The notes under the pieces were generated by a model. The model had not been told where the DNA came from. It did not search any database and saw nothing but the letters and a program-made list of their open reading frames with translations. Source: Felis catus (lineage: Eukaryota). From it: a stretch of DNA of 64,000 bases. Shown here piece by piece: positions 53,667-64,000 of this stretch; the first letter of the stretch is position 1, and every line of letters starts with the position of its first letter. The stretch lies in NCBI RefSeq assembly GCF_018350175.1, contig NC_058368.1, positions 181,848,001 to 181,912,000 on the forward strand, given 5' to 3'. Both the position numbers and the translations under genes were made by a program.

Positions 53667-53893
53667 TTTTTTTTTAATGAAGTGTATTTATTTTGATTGA
53701 GAGAGAGAAAGCACGTGTGTGCACACACATGAGGAGGAGAGGGGCAGAGAGAGGAGTAGAGAGATTCCCAAGCAGTCTCCACACTGACAGCACACACCCT
53801 GACATAGGCCTCAATCCCACCAACTGTGAGATCATGACCTGAGTGGAAACTAAGTGTTGGGCGCTTAACCGGCTGAGCCACCCAGGTATCCCC
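53667..53893 (-). mobile_element. Can-SINE inserted in a minus-strand MIR (~53490-53925)
   Basis: TSD GAGTACAGCAGTCT (53653-53666, 53895-53908). Confidence 0.95.
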
Positions 53894-55364
53894 GGAGTAC
53901 AGCAGTCTCAACCATTATACTGATGTCATAGACACACAGTGATGGCACCTTGGCCTCCTGAGGCTTTGTAAGAGCTCCTTTCCATGTTCTCATAAGGAGA
54001 CTATAGAGATAAAGAGACTTTTTGCCTCACCATGTTTTTAAATTTTATGTTTGTTCTCTGAATTTCCCCCATGTTTGTTCAGTTTTAATCTGGATCATTT
54101 ACCAAATCCCTAGTTTTCCAATATTTTAATTAATTTCTTTTCAGATCAGACACTGCTGTATCCCTCCTTTTATCCGTGGCTGAATTTATAAATCCCAATA
54201 AGGAAATGCAAACAAACAAACAAATAGAACCCCCACTAATCCTCTCTGGCAATTCCTGTGTTTTCTCTAATGAGCTCTAATATATTAGGATAAACAACCA
54301 TTCCCAACTATTTGGTCAGAATTTAGAGAATCAATTTTTTTAAGCATTTGGGTGATTTTCTTTTTTTTCAGTCAGTTCAGGACTAAATAAGCTGCAAGGG
54401 CAAACTCTTTTCGCTTGATTTTTTTTCCAACTATCCTAAGAGCAGACTCTCTTGGAAAGTTCTATATGTGAGGGAGTTTACAAAGCTTCACTGGATCACC
54501 TCACTTCTTTGAAACAAAAGGCCAACCAAGCATTTCCAGGCATTTTGGAGGATGTTAACTCATGCAGAACCCTAAGAAAACTTGGTATAGTCTTACAATT
54601 ATACTGTTTATTTAGTTCAAGTTCCAACTTGTTATCAATGTGGATGGGAAAACTCTTGCTTAGCTTTCGGATTCTTCACCTTGCTCCCATTCTCTAATTT
54701 CCCTGCCTCCCATTTTGAACTTCAACACGGAAATAAGCATATCTTAAAATAGACTATTTTCTCCTTCTTCTCTACATTTGAAAGACTATTACCAAGTGAA
54801 ATGATTTTGTGGGCTCTTCTCTCCTACATTCTTTTTCAATAGTAACTTTCTTAAGAAAGAGAAATTTATGAAATAACATCAACATTTCACTTCATTTAAC
54901 CTGAAACAAACTCTGCTGTTTACCACCAAAGAATCATATAAGATATAAGAGGAATGGGAACAATAAGCAATCATATTTAGCATCCTTATTACCTTCTTCA
55001 GCAGTCACAAAGAACTGAAGTCAGGGAGAGTCACAGGTGGTGAAGAATCCTTAGCTCACCCAAGTCCCAAGGAGCTCTTTGAAATATTGAGTCCTATAAT
55101 TCAATTATTATTCCATGATGAATTTGATCCTGCAGTCTATTGCTTCCCAGGTCTCTACCTCCATAATTCAGGGGATTTCCATTTACCAATCAAGGTTAGG
55201 GTTTCTTAGTTAGGTGTATTTTATATCCTATTAAACACTTTCCACATCAAGTTCAGGCCAACTCTTCCTAGACTACATCAAACACATTCCCTGCTTCTTC
55301 TCTTTCATATTCTTACAATATGGTTAAACATATTCTCAGTATTTTCTTCAAATATTCACTCTGA

Positions 55365-55590
55365 CTCATTTATCTAACACATTTTTATTGAGCACTTATT
55401 GTGCCAGGCTCTGTTTTCCATGATGTATCTGAGTGACTGGCTGACAAATAAAAGTCCCTGGCCTCATGTGGCTCATGTATTATGATGGATAAAGTATTGA
55501 ACAAACAAGCAGATTTTGCAATAATAAGTACCATGAGGAAAATAAAAGAGGTTAATATGATGGAGATGATTAGAGAAGGGAGTTACTTTA
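55365..55590 (-). mobile_element. L2 3' fragment (host of the composite insertion; resumes at ~57461-57500)
   Basis: TTTATTGAGCACTTATTGTGCCAGGC; joined flanks read AGTTACTTTA|AATTGTGTGGAAAGGAAAGGCCACTCTG, which is L2-like. Confidence 0.65.
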
Positions 55591-56010
55591 TTTATTTATT
55601 TAAAATTTATTTATTTAAATTCAAGTTATTTAGCATACAGTGTACCATTGGTTTCAGGAGTAGGACCCAGTGATTCCTTACTTACATATAACACCCAGTG
55701 CTCATCCCAACAAGTACCCTCCTTAATACCTATCACCCATTTAGTCCATCTACCCACCCACGTCCTCTCCAACAACTCTCAGTTTGTTCTCTGTATTTAA
55801 GAGTCTCTTATGGTTTGCCTTCCTCTCTGTTTTTATCTTATTTTTCCTTCCCTTCTCCTATGTTCATCTGTTGTGTTTCTTAAATTCCACATGGGTGAAA
55901 TCATACATTTGTCTTTCTCTGACTAATTTTGCTTACCATGATACACTCTAATTCCATCTACATTGTTGCAAATGGCAAGATTTCATGATTTTGATCACCA
56001 AGTAGTATTC

Positions 56011-56054
<44 letters not shown>

Positions 56055-56116
56055 ACGCGCATATACATATACCACATCTTTACCTATTCATCAGTTGAAG
56101 GACAATGGAGTCCTTT
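55591..56116 (-). mobile_element. Carnivore L1 3' end (antisense half of composite)
   Basis: T-rich tail at 55591, reverse-complement L1 3'UTR and ORF2 end, internal (TG)n. Confidence 0.9.
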
Positions 56117-56216
56117 AAGGAAGTTCTGTTTTTAGGCAGGTAAGGGATTTCAGGAACTCAGATGCCTTCAGTTCAAAATAATTAAAGTGCCACAGTGGCT
56201 TATTCTAGATGCTTTA
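56117..56216 (-). mobile_element. MER34-like ERV1 LTR 5' fragment
   Basis: Reverse complement reads AGAATAAGCCACTGTGGCAC..TTATTTTGAACTGAAGGCATCTGAGTTCCTGAAATCCCTTACCTGCCTAAAAACAGA, like MER34-family LTR starts. Confidence 0.55.
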
Positions 56217-56245
56217 ATTTTACTATTTAGGAGTTTCTTTTTTTT

Positions 56246-56475
56246 CCTTTCTGACCTCAGCCACAGCAACTTGTTACTCAGCACATCGCCAGAGGCAAGG
56301 GAAACAAAAGCAAAAATGAACTATTGAGACCTCATCAAGATAAAAACCTTCGGCATAGCAAAGGAAACAATCAGCAAAACTAAAAGGCAACCAACAGAAT
56401 GGGAGAAGATATTTGCAAATGACATATCAGATAAAGGGTTAGTATCCAAAACCTATAAAGAGCTTATCATATTCA

Positions 56476-56526
<51 letters not shown>

Positions 56527-57447
56527 AATAATTCAGTGAAGAAATGGGCAAAAGACATGAATAGACACTTTTCCAAAGACGACATCCAGATGGCTAACAG
56601 ACACATGAAAAAAAAGCTCAACATCACTCATTACAAATACAAATCAAAACCACAATGAGATACCACATCACACCAGCCAAAATGGCTACAATTAACAACT
56701 CAGGCAACAACAGATGTTGGCAAGGATGCAGAGAAAGAGGATCTCTTTTGCAATGTTGGTGGGAATGCAAACTGGTGCAGCCACTCTGGAAACCAGTATG
56801 GTGGTTCCTCAAAAACTTAAAAATTGAACTACCCTATGACCCAGAAATTGCATTATTAGATATTTATACAAAGGATACAGGTGTGTTGTTCTGAAGGGGC
56901 ACAGGCACCCCAATGCTGATAGCAGCAGTATCGATGATAGCCAAAGTATGGAAAGAGCCCAAATGTTCGTTGACAGAAGAATGGAAAAAGAAGACATGGT
57001 ATAAATGTACAATTCAGTATTACTAAGCAATCAAAAAGAATGAAATCTTACCATTTGCAACAACATATATGGACCTAGAGGGTATTATGCCAAGTGAAAT
57101 TAGTCCGAGAAAGACAAAAATCATATGACATCACTCATATGTGGGATTTAAGATACAAAACAGATGAACATAAGGGAAGGGGAGCAAAATTAATATAAAA
57201 ACAGGGAGGGGGACAAAACATAAGAGACTCTTAAATATAGAGAACAAAATGAGCATTCTTGGAGGGGTTGTGGGGAGGGGGTGGGCTAAATGGATAAGGG
57301 GCATTAGGCAAAACACTTGATGGGATGAGCACTGTGTGTTATACATAGAGGATGAACCACTGGAAACTACTCCTGTCATCATTATTGTACTATATGCTAA
57401 CTAATTTGGATGTAAATTAAAAAATGAAAAATAAATTTAAATAAAAG
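56246..57447 (+). mobile_element. 5'-truncated carnivore L1 (sense half of composite)
   Basis: ORF2 end [41 protein letters not shown], 3'UTR, A-rich tail. Confidence 0.95.
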
Positions 57448-58074
57448 GGGAGTTACTTTAAATTGTGTGGAAAGGAAAGGCCACTCTGGTGAAGTGTGGG
57501 GTGTGGGGATGGTCTTCTTTCTTTGAAAATCACACATCCTGCTCAATTCTTTCTAGAAGTAATTCCTTTTCTCATACTTTGGAACGAGGAGTCTTCTAGC
57601 ACATTTATTTGCCACAGCCATTTCCTGATTATTTCACCATTCTTTTCATTGAACAACTCCAGCTCTTTATGCAGCTCACGCTGTTTAACTTTCTTTCTTT
57701 CTTTTTTTATATTTGGCCATCAAATTTTGCCTACTTCCATGACATTTCTCTTACATTCTTTGACATCTTAATTCCCTAAATCTTAGATTCTCCATTTTGT
57801 ACCTTATCCTCCACCTTTAACTTGAATGGATAAATTATTCACACTCATCAAGCAAACAACACCATTATGTATCAGTCCTTTGTTCTTCTCTACTCCAGTG
57901 ACCTTCAGCTCTACACCACTTGGACATACCATTTGCACACCCATACTACACTTCATTAGTACTCTATGTTGGTAACATTCCACTTGACATTAACCATACT
58001 CTTCACTTGGATCTACATAATCATTCATCTCTAAGTCTACTTTTACTCCTTTGATTCGTCTCTGAGTACCAGCT

Positions 58075-58340
58075 ATGTACAGGACAGATGTGAGTTTGAA
58101 AACCCCACCTCCATTTACAGCTGAAGGACTTTAGGAAAAAGTTACTTAACTTACCCTAAGACTCCCTTTGCTTTTTGGTAAAACAAGGCTAATATCACAT
58201 GACTGTGTATGTGTATGCGTGTGTGTGTGTGTGTGTGTGTGTGTATGTATATATAAAGACCTTAGCAATGTGTGTGTGTATATATATATAAAGACCGTAG
58301 CAATTCCTTGGCACATGAGAAGTGCTTAATGAATGGTTAG
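58075..58340 (+). mobile_element. MIR with internal (TG)n/(TA)n
   Basis: GAGTTTGAAAACCCCACCTCCATTTACAGCTG..AAGTTACTTAACTT..TGGCACATGAGAAGTGCTTAAT. Confidence 0.65.
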
Positions 58341-60234
58341 GTCATTATTATTATTCCTGTTCTACCTAGTTTGGTTCTCTGGTAGGTTTTAACTGTTGAT
58401 TAGTACCATCTTATGCTGCAAAACATTCTGCCAGTGATTGTCACTGGAAATAAAACTCTCTTCCTTTTTCTCTTTAGCTTCCATGTTACTGATTTACAAT
58501 AACAAAATTCCCTAACTGTGTTGATGGGCTGGAGTTCATACTGACATTAACAAACCTCTCAAATGTTATTTACTGAATCCTTTCCTCATTTCTGACAGTC
58601 TACCTCATTTATTGGAGTCCCTATTTCTCTTTTATTAATCACAAAAATTTCTAAATCTCCCTGTTCATTCTCAATAAATGATCTAATCACCCATTTTAGT
58701 AATGTATCAGGATGTTAAATTCAGCTCTTCCTGTTGACTTGAATTTTCTGCACAGGTCCTTGGCTGAGAACAACACAATAATTGCCAAATATTCCCCCAT
58801 TCTAAAGAGAGTTACTAAACCAGCTACACAGAACTTGCAAAAGAGAAGGCTCAAAACCAATTCTGCCAGTAAATCTGAATGCATAAGACAATGAGGTTTA
58901 AGAACCATGGGGAAATTTCACTGAGAATAACTGAAATACTATTACATTCTGTCTTTGCTCCTCACATTACACCAAGTAAAAAAAAGACTTTTCAAAATGA
59001 CCTCAAGGACACTTTAACATATGTCCCAGGGATTCCTGGATATAACAACCTAGTATATAACATATGTCCCTGGAAATATGGAATATATCAAACTAAGGTT
59101 AAGCATCTAATTCTTGCTGGGAAAAGTCTGAAAGGAAGAGTTGGTGCATGGAGTGACCTTCACCAGGAACAAAGTGTCCCTCTACCAACAGCTGGAAAAG
59201 ATATACACTTCCTGGGAAACTAAATGACCCTTAAGATAGAGTGTCAGCCTGAGTTAATCTTAAGAACTTCATGGAGGGATGAAGTAACCCATTAGAGAGG
59301 TAGACAATCAGAAGGCCAAAGGATGAGGGTGAAATTCAAGGCAGCCAGCCAGATTAGAGGATTTGCCTGGAGTGTAGAAGTTGCAGTTGGTACCTCCCCA
59401 TGGGACTTTGGGGAACTCGACAAAAAATTCTCTGTTGAGAAACTTGACAAAAGAGACATCGAGCCTGAAATTATACATCCATCTCAACAGGATAATGACA
59501 ACTGTTCCAACTACACTAACTAGTTCCTAGAAGAGTAAAAAAATAAATAGGGATTAGGGGAACAGGTGAATAAAGGAGAAGATGAATCCATGTGTCCTCT
59601 CCCCTGTAAGCTTCTAAGTCTAAAGTAAGCCTGAGCTGAGAGAGTAGAGGCAATTTCAAATTGAATGTCTTTGGAGATTCAATACTACATTGGTTGGGAC
59701 TATTCAATTAGCAAAATAAGGCTGTGCTTGGGAACTAAAGAGACCAGAATAGCTGTTGTACTGGACTGAAATTTCATCCAGATTATGAAAGAATGAGTTT
59801 AGGGATCCAGTTTAAGAGGAAGTGAGAGAAAGAATAAACTCATTACCTGACTTAAATCAGATCCAGATCATTCAATAAAATGATAACACTAAGACCCTTT
59901 AATATGAACCTCTTCAACTTCTCTCCTATTCTTCTTAAAATTTTACTATTTGTTCACTTGTCCTTTCCTTATTTTCTCATGACCTATAAGAAAACTCCTT
60001 TCTCCAGTAAGAAAATTAATTTTCACTAACTTCCTCCTCATGGTCCTTATTTATTCTCCATTTTATTTTTCTTTTGAACTTGATACTCCCATATTTTCCA
60101 TGATACTGCACTCCCTTCACTGCCCAGTGTCATAATTTCTTAATCTCCATTGCTGCTTGTGTTTTGTTTTCCTCCCCATTCTTCATGATCTTTTGTTTTC
60201 TTTTTTTCCTTGTGTGTTCTCTCTCTTCCCCCCA

Positions 60235-60440
60235 TATAATATATATAATATAGTACATATAATATATAATATAATACATATAATATAATACAATATATAA
60301 TGTATATTATAATATATATTATATATGTACATATATTATATACATTATATATGTATATATAACATATATTATATATACATATATTATATATATTGATTAT
60401 ATATATCAATCAATTGATTATATATTAATATAATATATTC
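60235..60440. repeat. TA-rich low-complexity repeat
   Basis: Direct reading. Confidence 0.9.
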
Positions 60441-60868
60441 AATTCAATATATGACTCCATATAACACTATTATTCTTACAACTTCCATAACTACATTTTC
60501 AGCATTGATGTTTTGCTCAAGTCTAAGATGCAGAGTTTCCAAGGCCTGAAAGGTATTTCCATATTTTATTTCTAGAGTATTTTGCTTACTTTGTGTTTCT
60601 TTAATGATCCTATTTAAGAGCAGCTCAAATGTCACTTGCTTTGTTAATTTTTCTTCCCTTAAAAGGAAGGAGCACACAAAATTTCATTCTTCCTTATACA
60701 TAAAAAAGAAGGCTAATTTTTATTTGATTCTCCCATGTGCTAGGATCTCTATGGATACCCATGGTGTATGTATTTTTTATCTCCCAGAGCACATAAAAAT
60801 ACCCTTCTACAATGAAAACTTTCTTGATCACTGCTAAATTGACTGAAATAAAGATTTTGGTAGGACAA

Positions 60869-61053
60869 GGATGCCTGGGTGGCTCAATCAGTTAAGCATC
60901 TAATTCTTGATTTCGACTCAGGTCATGATCTCACAGTTGTGAGATCTAGCCCTGTGTCAGGCTCCACATCATGGGTTGGGATTCTTTTACTCTCTGTCTC
61001 TCTGCTCCTCCCCAACTCTCTCTTTCTCTTCCAAAATAAATAAACATTAAAAA
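60869..61053 (+). mobile_element. Can-SINE
   Basis: GGATGCCTGGGTGGCTCAATCAGTTAAGC head; imperfect TSD AAAGATTTTGGTAGGACAA / AAAGATTTAGGTAAAACAA. Confidence 0.9.
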
Positions 61054-62199
61054 AAAGATTTAGGTAAAACAAATGAAGATGACACCTTTGAAAATAGTCT
61101 ATCAAATCACTTTAAGTTAAAAATGTGAAGGAAGTAGACCCAGAATACATAGAAAGGCAGATACAGGATCTGGGGAAACCTAATTATTCCTTCTATATAT
61201 CCTTATCTGTTTTCTTGAATATTTATTTTTGAACATTTTTTGCTTCCTCAGAAAAACTGGAAACTCCTTGAGAGTAGAAATTTTACAAATTAAGGAAGCA
61301 AAGTTGAACATAAAGAATCCCTGAGTTGGGTTTTGGTCTCAATAACCAGGGTAGTAGGAAAATTCTAAACTTAACTAAGGCAGTAAGGTATGATAATTAC
61401 CATACCTAAAATGCACAAATAACATGTAACACGAACACAGATATCAAGTATATACACATGTATGTGTTTGTATTTAGACACTTATAGGACTTATTTGCTT
61501 AATGAATTTGATTTGGAATCACAAAATGAAAATATTGATAGATATTCCTTCCCAAGTGACTTATTGTAACGAAAAAAAAACCAAAACCTTTTGTATTGTG
61601 AAAATGAGCCATGGTCAGCTGCCTGCACTCTCCTGAGTTCTGATTCCTGATTCGTGATCGCTTCCATGACAACCATATTATTTCACCACCAGAATATCTC
61701 ATAACCAGTTAAGATGAATGGAAATATATGCATGCTCCCCTGAAGTTAATTGTTAAAAAATAAAGGAGAAATAGGGAACTAAAGTTATTACTTTGGTAAG
61801 CAAAAATTCTATATGGATAAAGAAGACTTTCCTAAGTCCTCTCCACATGGATCAAATTTTATATGCTATTTATTCTTACTTAGAGGTTGCCTGTAAGCAT
61901 TCTCTAGTTGTTCCGTAAATGGATGTCTTGCTTCTTTCAGCAGAGTATGATGTCTCACAGTCCTAACACTGTATTTCTTTCTTTGGTTTACTGAGTCCTT
62001 GCTATCTGTCAGGCACTGGTATTCACTTTCATTATGTGACTGGATTTCATTTTTACAAAAATCATTTTTAAGACGAGGAGACTGAGGCATCAAACAGTTA
62101 AAAAATTAATTCACATTTGATAAGAGAAGTGATTCTCACCATGCCTTACTTTTCTCCTTCTTAGATGTCTCTTTAAAAATTTACTATTCTTTTATTCCT

Positions 62200-62682
62200 T
62201 GTGGTAAACCTGATTATTGTTGCCAATTCATTACCCTTCCCTGTATCCATGTCTTTTGCTGTGTGACTTTGTAGTTCCTCTTTTGAAAGCTCAGTCTTAT
62301 TTTCTTGCCCCATTTACATTGAGCTTGACTGCGTGACTTACTTTGCAAATGGAATATGGGATAAGTGACAAATGTTTCCAGAGCCCAGTCTTTAAGAAGC
62401 ACTGGAAGTTTTTACTTGCCCCATCATATCATTCTGCCATCACCATGAGAATGGCATGTTCTAGCTAGCATCCTGAATCAAAGAGGGTGAGAGACACTTA
62501 CAGCTAATCTTGATGCAGTCAATCACTTTGTACCAAGCCAGACAGTGAGAAAGTTAGGTGAGACAACATCTGCCTAGGTAACACACAAATAAGTAAGCAA
62601 GAATAAACTATTAGTTTTATATGTCACTGATTTTTGGCATGGTTTGGTATGCAGCAATGCTGTGGCAATAGCAACTGATACA
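62200..62682 (+). mobile_element. MLT1H/I-like MaLR LTR
   Basis: TGTGGTAAAC start; GCAGCAATGCTGTGGCAATAGCAACTGATACA end. Confidence 0.75.
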
Positions 62683-63511
62683 CTTAATGATTGTTCTTTG
62701 CACTCATACCTAATTGCCTTCAGCAGATTATATATTCTAGAGTTGTTTACAGCCCTTGTAAAACATTTTGTAACCCTCCAAAGTAACTAATACAATGTCT
62801 TACAGGGTGTTAGTGTCCAAACACTGTTGAATGAATAAATGTATATCTTCTTTCCTATTTCCCCAAATGTGCTGCTATGTGAGGCTTGCAAAATATGTAA
62901 AATTACATAAATCTCATGTAATCAAAGGCTTATAAGATAAAATAATTTGTACTGGGTTTTCTATTTGTGGTACTTGTCATAGGAAGTTCCTAAAGTTTCC
63001 CTATTTAAAAGGTCACTTTTCCAAGAATTGAACTCTTTAAAACACTAGTGTGACCTCTTTAGAAAGGAAATTTTGTATAGTGCAAAGAACCCAGCTTTGA
63101 TGTTATACATCAGTTTTGTTACTTTTTGGGAATGCCAACATGGGGAAAATCCACTGACCTTTCCAAGCCCAAGTTTCTCATAAAGTAGGGTAGTAGCATT
63201 ATTCCTCATGGACTTTTTTAATGCAGATTAGAATAAATGATACAGATAAATGTCTACCTTTAATTAAAAAAAAATACTACTTATTGCAAACCTACTATAT
63301 GTAATAGGTCTTTTACTTAAAGCCAACACAGTATAAACGGGGAACATTATTCCAAAACATCAATTTTACTTGATCTCACCTAATGTATAATATTTTCATG
63401 AACTTTACAAAAAAAACCTGCAAGTAGATTTTTTACATACAGGTGTATTTGTGCTTGGTTTTCTTCAGAATTTTGAGTTCCCTTTTATACTTTGTGAGTA
63501 ATTGGGCTTTG

Positions 63512-63762
63512 TGAATAATTAGCCTGCAGGATGCCATAACAAATTACTACAGACTGGTTGGATTAAAGAACAGAAATGTATTTTCTCACATTTCCAAAAG
63601 TTGGAAGTCCAAGATGAAGGTACCAGTAGGGTTGCTTTATGGTGACACCACTCTCCTAGGCTTTTTGATGTGTCCTCACATGGTCTTTTCTTTATGTGTG
63701 CATGTGTGTACATCCACATCCAGAGAGAGAGAAAGAAAAAGAGAGAAACATGGTGTTTCTTT
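63512..63762 (-). mobile_element. MLT1A-like LTR fragment
   Basis: TGCCATAACAAATTACTACAGACTGG..TGGAAGTCCAAGATGAAGG..TGTGTCCTCACATGG. Confidence 0.75.
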
Positions 63763-63773
63763 CTCTCTCTCTC

Positions 63774-64000
63774 TTTTTAAAAAATTATTTTAATGTTTAT
63801 TTTTGAGAGAGAGAGAGAGCAAGAGAGCGAGAGAGAGCGAGCATGAGCTGGGTAGGGGCAGAGATAGAGGAAGACACAGAATCCAAACCCAGGCTCCGAG
63901 CTGCCGGAACAGAGCCCAACGCAGAGCTTGAACTCATTAATTGTAAGATCATGACGTGAGCCAAAGTCGAACACTTAACTGACTGAGCAACCCAGGTGCC
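63774..64000 (-). mobile_element. Feliform Can-SINE reaching the window edge
   Basis: T tail, (GA)n, ..GACTGAGCAACCCAGGTGCC. Confidence 0.9.

Noticed and set aside
61866..62093. 75-aa minus-strand ORF with apparent splice sites
   Set aside because: Its first half is MIR-derived (GCCTCAGTCTCCTCGTCTTAAAAATG..CAGTGCCTGACAGATAG); only the distal donor is kept as a weak note.
1..64000. Prokaryote-type systems (CRISPR arrays, operons, IS elements), rRNA, functional tRNA, CpG-island promoter
   Set aside because: The sequence is CpG-depleted mammalian DNA, and none of these signatures is present.

Overview
AT-rich mammalian DNA from a feliform carnivore, probably a cat. The evidence is Can-SINEs with the feliform-type GGCTCCAGGCTCTGAGCTGTCAGC insert and carnivore L1s. 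There is no intact recognisable protein-coding gene, and most supplied ORFs are chance or repeat-derived. Much of the window is interspersed repeats: L1, Can-SINE, MIR, L2, L3/CR1, MLT1 LTRs, and hAT MER58/Charlie. The main non-repeat signal is a decayed multi-exon gene on the minus strand. Six GT-AG exons at 31-4627 splice together in phase but carry three in-frame stops. They follow two broken exons (4971-5888) with LamG/pentraxin-like motifs, and weaker exon candidates extend to about 61.7 kb. I could not name the gene. Other notable structures are a tail-out L1/LTR-fragment/L1 composite inside one TSD, an internally deleted L1 with a TSD, two different SINEs at the same L1 3'UTR site, and a 29-nt U2 snRNA retrocopy nested in an L3/CR1 fossil. 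Repeat family names come from recalled consensus sequences, not from a search.
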